Positions 7,564 to 16,545 of a stretch of 64,000 nt of DNA are shown in pieces. The notes under the pieces are model-generated. The model saw only the letters and a program-made list of their open reading frames with translations. It was not told the DNA's origin and searched no databases. The number at the start of each line of letters is the position of its first letter. The stretch's first letter is position 1. This stretch comes from an uncultured Alphaproteobacteria bacterium (GTDB lineage Bacteria; Pseudomonadota; Alphaproteobacteria; CAAHEQ01; UBA3637): NCBI GenBank assembly GCA_944392145.1, contig CALXVS010000005.1, positions 1,045 to 65,044 on the forward strand. Direction: 5' to 3'. The translations under genes were made by a program, and so were the position numbers.

Positions 7564-9630
7564 ATGACTAATATAAAAAAAGTCGCGAATGGTGAAACCG
7601 TTCAAACTGAAACACATCAAGAAATTATTGAAGCCGAGTATACTGAAATTAACGTTATGAAGGCTTCGGAAATTGATGTACAGGAGCATGCGAATGACAA
7701 TATCCCAGACAATCCTAACAAACCAAATGAATGTGCAGTAGTTCCAATTCCATCACAAGAAGAATTGTTTATCGATATTGACGCTATTGTTGATCAATTT
7801 GATTTACCTAAAGACCAGCTTGAAATGATTTGTGAAAACAATCCAAAAGCTGTATATATTCCAACTGATTCGATTAAATTACAACAATTTATTCGTTGTC
7901 AACAAGGAATCTCAAAAACTGCTGAGAGCTTCTCAAAAATGAAAAAACTGCCACCAACTGCACAGAAATTCTTTTTGCAAAAAGCTCAATTATATGCATA
8001 TCTCTGGCTTAAAGCAGAAGCGAGATTAGGTAAAGAACTCCAAAAAATTGCGACACAAGAAGGTTTTAGAAGCGATTTAAAAGAAAAAGAAAAGGGTAAA
8101 GAGGCTGACAAAAGTAAAGATAAGGACAAAAATGAAGATAAAAAAAAGGTAAAGCGTCCTTTTAAAGAAGTCTTTGAAGAAATTCGCACTAAAAGACAAA
8201 TTTTAGATGAAGATTACGGGCTTACTTATAACCAAGCACGCGACTTAGTACGTTTAAGTGATGAAGTGATTGAACTTGAAATGAAATATGCAATTGCAAA
8301 CAACGAAGTTCCTTCCAGACGACACGCATTATCATTTTTAAACAAAGAAAGTTCTAAAGTTGAAAAAGAATGTAAAGATGCATTTGAACTGGACACTTCT
8401 TTTTCTGCAGTTTCTCATGATGACTTATTGGGTAGAATTACGGAAGAAGATATACCTTATTGTTCAATTTTTTCTTGCATTGGATCTGGTGAATATTATT
8501 TAAAATCACGCGGTTTTAAATGTGTCTTAGCCAATGAAGCTGATGAAAAACGGGCAGAATACTTCTCTTTAAAAATGAAAGAATTGGGCGAGGAGGACTG
8601 CAAAATGTTTCAAGGCAAATTTCAAGATCACTTTGATGAACTGGTTGATGAATTTAAAAAAAGAAACAGTCAACTGCTTTTGGCCTGTCCACCTTGTCAA
8701 ATTTTCTGCGCACAAAAAGGCAAAGGCTTTTTGAAGGATCCCAGATTGGATTTGATTGTTTGGCTGATTAAGTTTATTAAGGAGGTCAAACCCAAATATA
8801 TTGTTATTGAAAATGCCAAACAGTTCTTAAACTTCTCAATGCCAAAAGATACAGAAAATGATGGAGAACCAGCCAAAAATTTACGTACTGCATTAAAAGG
8901 TAAAACCATTGGACAATATATTAAAGATGAATTAACTTCTGAAAATTATGATGTTAATTTTGCAAATGAAGACGCTTGTTTTTATGGCTGCCCTCAATCG
9001 CGCGTTAGATCCATTGTGTTAGCATCCCAAACCGGGGTATGGCCATTTCCTAAAAAAGATGATCATGCTGTATTACCTTGGCAAGTGATTGGTCATTTAC
9101 CGTCACTTGAACCTGGTGAGGGAACTGGTTATGATAAAGCGCCTCTTTTATCAAATAAAAATCCTGAATTAGCGGCCGAAATCTATAATGCTTTGATTCA
9201 TACAGCCCCGGGTTGTTGTGTTGCTGATAATCCACCAGAATATCAAATTCCCGGCTATGGTTTTTTCGGTGCGAAATGTTCTAGAAATTCTTGGAATAAG
9301 CCTTGGAGCACAATTGAAGGTGGGTCAAATCAAGCATTAGGTTTACGCACCATCCATCCTGGAAGACCTAAACCAGATGGAACCTATTCGGATCCTCGTT
9401 GTTGTACTTTACGAGAGACGTTTTTATTAAATACTCTTCCCGAAGATTACACAATTCCTAAAAAGTTTGAAGATAAGAAATATGAAAACTTTATTTGGAC
9501 AGTGATGGGGGAGATTTTCTTACCTCGCATGTTGGAAAGAATCATGGAAACAATTCCTTTGCCTCATCGAAAAAATCTGATTAAAATTGAACCAAAGGAA
9601 GAAAAAAACGAGAATGAAGAGGTGGCATAA
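7564..9630 (+). CDS. DNA (cytosine-5)-methyltransferase with long N-terminal extension
   Basis: Motif I-like SIFSCIGSGE, LANE, catalytic PPCQ, motif VI IENA, motif VIII PQSRVR, IHP..R..T.RE near the C-terminus. Confidence 0.8.
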   Translation: MTNIKKVANGETVQTETHQEIIEAEYTEINVMKASEIDVQEHANDNIPDNPNKPNECAVVPIPSQEELFIDIDAIVDQFDLPKDQLEMICENNPKAVYIPTDSIKLQQFIRCQQGISKTAESFSKMKKLPPTAQKFFLQKAQLYAYLWLKAEARLGKELQKIATQEGFRSDLKEKEKGKEADKSKDKDKNEDKKKVKRPFKEVFEEIRTKRQILDEDYGLTYNQARDLVRLSDEVIELEMKYAIANNEVPSRRHALSFLNKESSKVEKECKDAFELDTSFSAVSHDDLLGRITEEDIPYCSIFSCIGSGEYYLKSRGFKCVLANEADEKRAEYFSLKMKELGEEDCKMFQGKFQDHFDELVDEFKKRNSQLLLACPPCQIFCAQKGKGFLKDPRLDLIVWLIKFIKEVKPKYIVIENAKQFLNFSMPKDTENDGEPAKNLRTALKGKTIGQYIKDELTSENYDVNFANEDACFYGCPQSRVRSIVLASQTGVWPFPKKDDHAVLPWQVIGHLPSLEPGEGTGYDKAPLLSNKNPELAAEIYNALIHTAPGCCVADNPPEYQIPGYGFFGAKCSRNSWNKPWSTIEGGSNQALGLRTIHPGRPKPDGTYSDPRCCTLRETFLLNTLPEDYTIPKKFEDKKYENFIWTVMGEIFLPRMLERIMETIPLPHRKNLIKIEPKEEKNENEEVA

Positions 9631-9649
9631 GCCGCCTCTTTTTTTATTT

Positions 9650-9724
9650 AACTTCTGACTTAATACATACAAAGGTTATGTAATATAAAAATGATTAACC
9701 TTTACCTACGTATGTACAAAGGTT
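9650..9724. promoter_or_regulatory. Two tandem 28-bp palindromic sites (9650-9677, 9697-9724)
   Basis: AACTTCTGACTTAATACATACAAAGGTT and AACCTTTACCTACGTATGTACAAAGGTT. Confidence 0.6.
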
Positions 9725-9745
9725 GGAAAATGAAAAAAAACATCT

Positions 9746-9880
9746 CAAGCACAAACAAACGGTTTTACATTTCTGATAATTCACGACATGTTAAAACGGT
9801 TTTCAAGGCATTATTCTAAAAAGTAAGTTCCTATCGCTTTAAATTTCAAAAACAAAATGTTCTATAAAAAGTATGAATGA
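9746..9880 (+). repeat. ~135-bp conserved non-coding block, copy 1 (partner 32248-32379)
   Basis: Shared GGTTTTACATTT, CGGTTTTCAAGGCATT, TTTCAAAAA-CAAAATGTTCTAT and GAATGA in the same order and spacing. Confidence 0.75.
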
Positions 9881-10023
9881 TACCGAATTTTGAAGAATTG
9901 CTTAAAAATAGTTGAAGGTTTCTTCCTGTTTAGATTCTGAAAAAGGCGTACAGGTAAAGCGAGACTTCTCCTTTATCTATTCATAAGTATACCCTCTCTT
10001 CACTTAAAAAAGGAGACAATGCA

Positions 10024-10611
10024 ATGCGCAATATCGTTGAAATATCAAGTCCAGAACAAGAAAAGATAATCAAACGGTTATATGAAAATGGCTTTATACC
10101 TAATACGTTCATTATCTTTAATCCTGGACAAACAAATATCTCTGAACAGAATCTTGCATATCGTTTTAAAGAAGGACTGGGAAAATATTATTCCAAAACT
10201 CTTGGTAAAAGATACAACAAACATCCTGAAAAACAATATAAGATGATAGTATTCTTGGAGCATGGTAAGAACAGAGATATAGATGAAAGCACACCACATT
10301 TACATATTCTAATAGACCTACCTAAAGACAAGGTTCAAGACTTTTATGAGTTTATGCTCAATCATTTAACGCTATATTACTATTACATATCCGATGTAAG
10401 AGATAAAACTTTAATAGATATAACCGGACAGCCATTAGATATGAAGCAAATCTGGTGTTATGGTGATAAAGAGTTTGTGAAATCAGAAAAAGACAGACGT
10501 TTCAGACCCAGCAGAATATTTACGACCAAAGATTTTCAGAAACCTATCCGTCATTTTAACCAGTATAATAAACATGAATGCATACGTGAATGGTTTTTAT
10601 CTGCACCATAA
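10024..10611 (+). CDS. Putative HUH-superfamily endonuclease (rolling-circle Rep-like)
   Basis: VFLEHG...PHLHILI (HUH motif) followed by a YxxK motif (CYGDKE); AAGGAG RBS. Confidence 0.55.
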   Translation: MRNIVEISSPEQEKIIKRLYENGFIPNTFIIFNPGQTNISEQNLAYRFKEGLGKYYSKTLGKRYNKHPEKQYKMIVFLEHGKNRDIDESTPHLHILIDLPKDKVQDFYEFMLNHLTLYYYYISDVRDKTLIDITGQPLDMKQIWCYGDKEFVKSEKDRRFRPSRIFTTKDFQKPIRHFNQYNKHECIREWFLSAP

Positions 10612-10917
10612 ATTTTTATTTACTATATGAGAGAAATAGTAATCAGTCCATTTTTTGAAGAAAACTGACGAAAAAGCATTTTATCTATAAATGATGAGCG
10701 AAAAATTTTAACACTTCTTCATAAAATGAGCAGAAACGCATTCCAAACACTCACCAGACACAACAGATTAAAAAGATGTGTCAACCTATACCAAAATAAA
10801 ACTGCTCACCACGGATGATTTAAACTGATTTGGGAATTTATAGCTAAAAAATAACCGCTATCTAAGAAAATAGCGGTACATTTTATTTTTATCATATTTT
10901 TTGATTTTTCAATTAGA

Positions 10918-11259
10918 TCACCAATCTGAATCAAGCATAATAGTGAGGGTTCTGGCACACTTTGACGGATCTGAAGGATCCTCTGAACCATATTTCATAT
11001 CAGGTGAGTAATAATCTACTTTCCACACTATCTTTTCACCTTTATAATCAAAATTGCCAAAATCTCTTTCTGAATAGGGATCATTTCCTCTATGAAAATC
11101 ACTAAACGTTCTTATCTTTTCAAATATTTCGGCAATTTCTTCTTTTGATTTAGATCTAATGGATCGTGTTAAATGTATTTGACCGCCGATTCCATAACGT
11201 CTAAGCAAATCATTCAATTTTCTGATCTTGGCTACTTTATCTATCCCTTTATTCGACAT
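10918..11259 (-). CDS. DUF3768-family protein
   Basis: IRKLNDLLR, NDPYSERDFG, WKVDYY, GSEDPSDP..RTLTIML signature. Confidence 0.8.
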   Translation of the reverse strand: MSNKGIDKVAKIRKLNDLLRRYGIGGQIHLTRSIRSKSKEEIAEIFEKIRTFSDFHRGNDPYSERDFGNFDYKGEKIVWKVDYYSPDMKYGSEDPSDPSKCARTLTIMLDSDW

Positions 11260-11446
11260 TAAAATACTCCGTACAAGTAGCTAGAAGATGGTTATAATCA
11301 GCACTCATTGCTTCTTTTGTAAATTCGTTTATTTCAGTTTCAGATAGTCCTGCATGTTTCATAGCACGTCTGCATATTCCAAGAATGTTAAATGCATTTG
11401 AATCTTGACCAATCAATTCAACTGTTATATCTGGATATTTAGGCAT
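11249..11446 (-). CDS. Small conserved mobile-element hypothetical protein
   Basis: VELIGQDSNAFNILG..RAMKHAG..EAMSADYNHLL resembles small phage/ICE proteins; overlaps its neighbours as in an operon. Confidence 0.6.
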   Translation of the reverse strand: MPKYPDITVELIGQDSNAFNILGICRRAMKHAGLSETEINEFTKEAMSADYNHLLATCTEYFNVE

Positions 11447-11753
11447 TGACGCCTCCAAAACGTTGAACTAATACAAACTTTCTAAACTGTTTAAGAGAGT
11501 TTATGTAGGACTCATGGCTTCTACGACCAATTGTCCATTTATCACCACGATGACCATATTGTTCTAAAATAGTGTTGATGTTGTCAGCTAATTGCTTTGC
11601 TGTATAATTTTCTTTTTCGCATACTTTGGCCACTCTCCATGCATAGTCTATGGCTGTTGACGGATTACCGGAAATTGAAAATTCTTTATATCCTTTTTGA
11701 ACCAAATAAGCTTGAAATTGATTTAACATGAACATTTCTCCTTTTGCTTGCAT
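11439..11753 (-). CDS. Hypothetical protein
   Basis: Co-oriented with the neighbouring small genes; shares LVQ..TAI.YA.R...C with the N-terminus of 6219-7355. Confidence 0.6.
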   Translation of the reverse strand: MQAKGEMFMLNQFQAYLVQKGYKEFSISGNPSTAIDYAWRVAKVCEKENYTAKQLADNINTILEQYGHRGDKWTIGRRSHESYINSLKQFRKFVLVQRFGGVNA

Positions 11754-11869
11754 ACTTTTTTATCCTTTCTGTTTATTTTGTTAATACGCTGATTAAAATT
11801 TAAATTATCTAAATTCTTCGCTAATAACGCTCATCATTAAGGTAATTTAAAAATTTTAGTTCTGTTTAT

Positions 11870-12004
11870 TTATTGTTCAACTGATATGATATCTGTCATA
11901 ACTGCACAACCACGTTCGGCTTCACGTTGACAAGCTTCTATTGCTTCTCTTAAAGACCAATAAATTGTTGGCATTAAAATTCCATTTACTTTTATTTGAT
12001 ACAT
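11870..12004 (-). CDS. Small hypothetical protein (44 aa)
   Basis: ATG at 12004 preceded by AAAGGA; first gene of the minus-strand small-gene run. Confidence 0.4.
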   Translation of the reverse strand: MYQIKVNGILMPTIYWSLREAIEACQREAERGCAVMTDIISVEQ

Positions 12005-12160
12005 AATAAAATCCTTTCTTTTTCGTTGGTTATAGAAATATAATATCGCGTTTTTATTCATTCGCGAGCCCCTTAAACGCAAAAAAATTAGAAAAATTCT
12101 ACTTTTTTGAGCCTTTTTCTACAAAAAATTAGAGTTTTATTAGTAAAAAGCAGAAAATTT

Positions 12161-12294
12161 AACCTCTACCTACGCATATACAGAGGTTAAACACAGCAAA
12201 CCTCTGCCAAAAAAGCAGAGGTCGGTACTTCAATTAAGTGACATTGATGTCTGTTAATGAAAAAAACAACCTCGATTTAATCAAAACCGAGGTT
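12161..12294. other. res-like cluster of three AACCT..AGGT(T) inverted-repeat subsites (28, 25 and 27 bp) plus GACAT-TG-ATGTC
   Basis: Subsites at 12161-12188, 12199-12223 and 12268-12294; palindrome at 12236-12251. Confidence 0.5.
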
Positions 12295-12303
12295 AGTTCA
12301 TTA

Positions 12304-13665
12304 TTAAAACCGTTTTTGGATGGATAATTCAATAAGTGATTTTTGATATTCTCGTTGCCAAATATTTGATTTTTTATCCGTATATGAATAAGTTAAAACG
12401 GGCATTAAACCCCATAAAGAAATTTTACGGTTTGATAAAGAGACAGAATAACGTTGCGTGATATCCCATTCTTTGATTTCTTTAAATTCATAATCTTTCA
12501 CCGTCCAGCGCTTTCCTTTATAATTTGTAAATAAGACTGAAGGTTCAACATATACATGAAAACCCCAAGGCACATCGGCCCCAAATCCTAAAGCTAAATT
12601 TACCCGATCATTTGTATATGTTTTATCTTTCGTTTTTTCATATTCATAGCCGGTTTTGAATATCAAATACTTTGATGAATCCAATGCATAAAACATGCGT
12701 AAACGAGCCGTTTTAACATCTCCGTTTAAAATATCTCCATAATCATCATAATGCGTCGGCGTATAAGCCAAATATAACCGTGCATTTAATTGTTTTGTTA
12801 AATCATATCCTGTATCAACCATAAAACCGGTTGTGTAATTATACGCTTTATGACCTAAAAATCTTTTAGAAAAGGTAGGTCCAAAGAATACATCACCTTT
12901 GTTATAAACGTATTTAAGTCCTAAAACATAAGATAAATAAATATCATCATATTTTTTATCCTGATATTTCAAAGAATAAATTAATGCTTCATTTCTTATA
13001 CGCCAATTATCAGATAACTTAAATTCATAATTGCCACCAACCGTAATGTTGAGACCAACATCTTTTTCTGGGTCATCTAATGTATTACACATCGGACCAA
13101 ACATAGTCATAACACACTGTTCACCGGATGTTGTATTATTGACATTATTATCCGGTGCAATACCGAAATTAAACCAAAAATTGTAATTTTTATTTTGTCT
13201 GATATAATACAGCGCCTGTTTAATTCGAATTTGAATGGGAATAGGTAGTTTTTCGTCTGCCAACGCTAAACGATAGTGATAATCCGCACGGATCCAATCT
13301 TTGCGAATGAGGTATAATTCAGCTAATCGAAAACGGATATTTGAAATATTGGGTTGGTGTTCCAAAATAAAATAGTAAATATCAATGGCTTCATCTATTT
13401 TGTTTTCTTTTGTTGCTATTTGAGCCAATAAATACAACCGTTCAATTTCTAATTCTTTTTGTTGAAACGGTTTTAAAAGAAGAACTTTCTTTGCATCTTC
13501 CAGTTTGTTTTTTTCAATCAACTCTTGAGCAAAAGTCAAAGTCTGCTCATGTGTCATTGTGACAACGGTTGTTTCGTTATCATTTGATTTTAATGTTGAA
13601 GCTTGGGCAGTTATTCCACCCAAGCCGATCAACATCATAAATGTCAAACAAACACGTAAGAACAT
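12304..13665 (-). CDS. Slam / type XI secretion outer-membrane protein (TPR + DUF560 barrel)
   Basis: Signal peptide, TPR region (LEHQPNISNIRFRLAELY), GIAPDNNVNN motif, beta-barrel ending KRF. Confidence 0.85.
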   Translation of the reverse strand: MFLRVCLTFMMLIGLGGITAQASTLKSNDNETTVVTMTHEQTLTFAQELIEKNKLEDAKKVLLLKPFQQKELEIERLYLLAQIATKENKIDEAIDIYYFILEHQPNISNIRFRLAELYLIRKDWIRADYHYRLALADEKLPIPIQIRIKQALYYIRQNKNYNFWFNFGIAPDNNVNNTTSGEQCVMTMFGPMCNTLDDPEKDVGLNITVGGNYEFKLSDNWRIRNEALIYSLKYQDKKYDDIYLSYVLGLKYVYNKGDVFFGPTFSKRFLGHKAYNYTTGFMVDTGYDLTKQLNARLYLAYTPTHYDDYGDILNGDVKTARLRMFYALDSSKYLIFKTGYEYEKTKDKTYTNDRVNLALGFGADVPWGFHVYVEPSVLFTNYKGKRWTVKDYEFKEIKEWDITQRYSVSLSNRKISLWGLMPVLTYSYTDKKSNIWQREYQKSLIELSIQKRF

Positions 13666-13668
13666 TTA

Positions 13669-15126
13669 TTATTTCCGTGTTCCACCAAATACCATTTCGG
13701 CATCAACCCGATGTGTATCATTATTTCCCCAAAAAGTGGCAGAACCGACTACTTCATCTGGATTTTTTGGATTTTCTCCATAATATTTGATATCTGCTCC
13801 AGCTAGCCCCGGATTTTCTAAAGTATAAGCAGCATCTTTTGCGGTTCCTGAAACGCTGATATCATATCCTCTATAAGCTGACGTATTCGTTTCCAAAGTA
13901 ACTTTATGCCAATCGGTAAAATCAGCAACTAATGTTTCTTTACCATCTTTAAAGGTTAAATTAGCAGTTCCATCATATAGTTTTGATGTTTCAATCTCAG
14001 TATCTTTATGTTCAGCCCAAACATTGGCTAATGCTTTACCTTCAAAATTCATTTCTGTATCAATTTGTGGTAAATCTTTGGCTTGAGCTGACAATGCTTC
14101 ATAACCACCATAGAATAAAGCGATATCTTTACCAGACTCATTACCGGCTTTAATATCATATGTGATTGTTCCGAAATCGGCATATTTTAAACCGACATCT
14201 TGTCCTTTATTATCAAGTTTAACAGTGGCAGTGTCTACATCATTATCCTTATAAGCACAATTGCCTTGTTTCTCACAAACATTTTCGTCAATCAGTCCGT
14301 TTGTTAAATCTAACGTATCAATAAAGGCCAATATGGCATTGAGAGTGTCTTCGGGTTCATTGCCCCAATGCGCTTTAACAGCTGTTTTTAAAGACGTTTT
14401 GACATCTTCAACAGATGTTGATTTTGCAAAAGTTACTTCTTCTTCATACTTTCTGCCATATTCTCCATTGTAAACAAAACCATAACTGACCAAACCTTCG
14501 TTGTTTTTATATACACCATTACCGGTACGGTTGAATTTCAGAACGCTGGCGCCGCCGTCATCTGTTTCCTGTAATCCGGTTAAGTTACCATTTTTATCAA
14601 TAATAAACTTATAGATAGCTTGATCTGCTTTATCATACTCAGGCTCATAGAATGTAATATCTTTCAAAGACAAATTACGTTCTGTTCCTAATTTGGCATA
14701 GATATCTTCTGCTTTTGACTTAATGGCTAAATCTTGAGCGGCTGTTTTTATATCGTCTAATGATTTATCTTTTAAACCTTCAATATCCTCACCGGCCATT
14801 GCCAAAGACAATAAAATATCTTCTTTTGTTGCATTTGAAAAATCTTGGTCAACAAGGATTTTTTTCATGTTGTTATAGGCGTTATTGATTTCTTCAGCAG
14901 ATGCTTCCGTTGTTATTCCCGCAGATGTTGCTGCATTTTCATAATTTGCGGTTCTGCGTTGTGAATTGTTAACCGTTTGAATGCTTGTCCCAGATTCTGG
15001 AACCGTTGAACCATCAGGTAAACTGGTTGTCGGGATCAAAGAACTTCCGCCTCCACTACCACCACTACTGCAAGCGGTTAACATTGTTGAAAGAGCCAAA
15101 ACGGCCATAAATGATAATTTTTTCAT
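13669..15126 (-). CDS. Surface lipoprotein, probable Slam substrate (TbpB/Hbp-like C-terminal barrel)
   Basis: Lipobox LTAC, Gly/Ser linker SSGGSGGGSS, LKYADFG, C-terminal VFGGTRK; directly upstream of Slam. Confidence 0.75.
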   Translation of the reverse strand: MKKLSFMAVLALSTMLTACSSGGSGGGSSLIPTTSLPDGSTVPESGTSIQTVNNSQRRTANYENAATSAGITTEASAEEINNAYNNMKKILVDQDFSNATKEDILLSLAMAGEDIEGLKDKSLDDIKTAAQDLAIKSKAEDIYAKLGTERNLSLKDITFYEPEYDKADQAIYKFIIDKNGNLTGLQETDDGGASVLKFNRTGNGVYKNNEGLVSYGFVYNGEYGRKYEEEVTFAKSTSVEDVKTSLKTAVKAHWGNEPEDTLNAILAFIDTLDLTNGLIDENVCEKQGNCAYKDNDVDTATVKLDNKGQDVGLKYADFGTITYDIKAGNESGKDIALFYGGYEALSAQAKDLPQIDTEMNFEGKALANVWAEHKDTEIETSKLYDGTANLTFKDGKETLVADFTDWHKVTLETNTSAYRGYDISVSGTAKDAAYTLENPGLAGADIKYYGENPKNPDEVVGSATFWGNNDTHRVDAEMVFGGTRK

Positions 15127-15389
15127 TTTTACTCCTTTTTTGTTGATCAATAAAAAATATGAAGATTTTTCTTCTTACCTATTAGACCACAAACCAACGT
15201 TTTTGGTCACCTTGCTTTTATTCAAGATAATAAAATGTCTATACAGTTCTTAAAATCCTTTTTTTTATTTAATTTTTAAATAGTTTTTCCAAAATATACA
15301 AAAAAATACAAAAGTATGAAAAAGTGGTTGATTTTATCGTTCTATTAAATGAGCCACTTTTTTTAACTTTATTTATCAGGAGGTATAAC

Positions 15390-15992
15390 ATGGCTGTTAT
15401 TGGCTACATCAGAGTTTCAACAGATAAACAAACCTGTGAACATCAAAAATATGAAATTAAACAATTCGCAAAAGCTCAAAAAGTCAAAATTACGTATTGG
15501 GTAGAAGAAACTATTTCATCCAGAAAATCTTTAGATAAAAGAAAATTAGGAAAATTACTCCAAAGTATGAAAGCCGGAGATATCCTGATTTCTTGTGAAA
15601 TATCTCGTCTGGGGCGTTCAATGTTAGAGGTTATGCGCATATTAGAAACTTGTTTAAACAAAGAATGTCAGGTCTGGACGATAAAAGAAAATTTTAAACT
15701 AGGCGCAGATATTCAATCAAAAGTAATGGCGTTTGCTTTTGGTATATCAGCCGAAATTGAACGCAGTTTAATATCACAACGGACAAAATCATCTTTGGCA
15801 AACATAAAAGCCAGCGGAAAAAAACTGGGCCGTCCATTCGCTGCAACAAGTAAGAAATTAAAACTGTCAAAGAATTCAAAACGAGTCAAAGATTTATTGG
15901 ATAAGGGTGTTTCAAAAGCTCAAATTGCTAAAGTTATGGGTGTTGGACGCACAACGCTTCGGCGTTTTATCTCTCGTCAAGGATGGGCTTAA
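15390..15992 (+). CDS. Small serine recombinase (resolvase/invertase, PinE-like) with C-terminal HTH
   Basis: GYIRVSTDKQ, EISRLGRS, ERSLISQRT, KLGRP, C-terminal HTH; AGGAGG RBS. Confidence 0.93.
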   Translation: MAVIGYIRVSTDKQTCEHQKYEIKQFAKAQKVKITYWVEETISSRKSLDKRKLGKLLQSMKAGDILISCEISRLGRSMLEVMRILETCLNKECQVWTIKENFKLGADIQSKVMAFAFGISAEIERSLISQRTKSSLANIKASGKKLGRPFAATSKKLKLSKNSKRVKDLLDKGVSKAQIAKVMGVGRTTLRRFISRQGWA

Positions 15993-16276
15993 GATGTATC
16001 CACTCTCTTTTAACTTCTTGCCCTAGGGGCAGGAGGTTGTGTTTAGCAGATGCCAAAAGAGAAATTGGAGCGTTAAAATTAAATTGTTATAAAATCGGGA
16101 TGGATCCAAATATTATTTCTTCTGCTAGTATGCTAGTACATCATGAATTATTTGCAGAATTTGTTGATAAAAATGGAAATGTAAATTGTACAGATGAGGA
16201 AGAATTGCATGTATGGAAAAGTGTAATGGAGCGATTATTGTTTTAATGGTCTGCTGTGTTATTTCTGGTAAAACAA

Positions 16277-16305
16277 GTCCGTGTATTACCAGACCTCTCC
16301 AGCCA
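16277..16305 (+). other. Right-junction (att-like hybrid) site of segment A
   Basis: GTCCGTGTATTACCAGACCTCTCCAGCCA; 28 of 29 bp are identical at 28381-28409; ends in the tRNA 3' heptamer CCAGCCA. Confidence 0.65.
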
Positions 16306-16476
16306 ATAAAAAGAACACACCTCAGGGTGTGTTTTTTTTATTGACCGGATGTGGGGATACGAGTCAACGAATGGGTTGGTTCGTTCACGAAGCGTAAGCG
16401 GAGTAGACACCGTTAGGCGGTCCCGAATTTATGAGGGATAAATTGCTTGCAATTTACAATCCAGCCAGCCCAGCCA
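16306..16476 (+). repeat. RtT-like tRNA-linked repeat, copy 2 (171 bp), followed by a partial unit to ~16554
   Basis: Near-identical to copy 1 and ends with the tRNA 19-mer at 16458-16476. A new hairpin and a second GGGGATACGAGTCAACGAATGGGTTGG follow. Confidence 0.9.
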
Positions 16477-16545
16477 AAAAGGAAAGCGTCTGCGAAAAGC
16501 GGGCGCTTTTTTTGTGATATGGGCTGAGGGGATACGAGTCAACGA

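Larger units (their letters stand above)
4933..16305. mobile_element. Genomic island segment A in the tRNA-Gln tandem array
   Basis: Bounded by the tRNA 3'-end copy and a CCAGCCA core followed by repeat copy 2. Visibly AT-richer than the core genes. Encodes a resolvase, HUH protein, MTase and DUF3768. Confidence 0.8.

Noticed and set aside
15983-16246. 87-aa ORF after the resolvase, and the 63-aa ORF at 33954-34145
   Set aside because: No recognisable motif and uncertain starts; they may be gene debris and cannot be supported as features.
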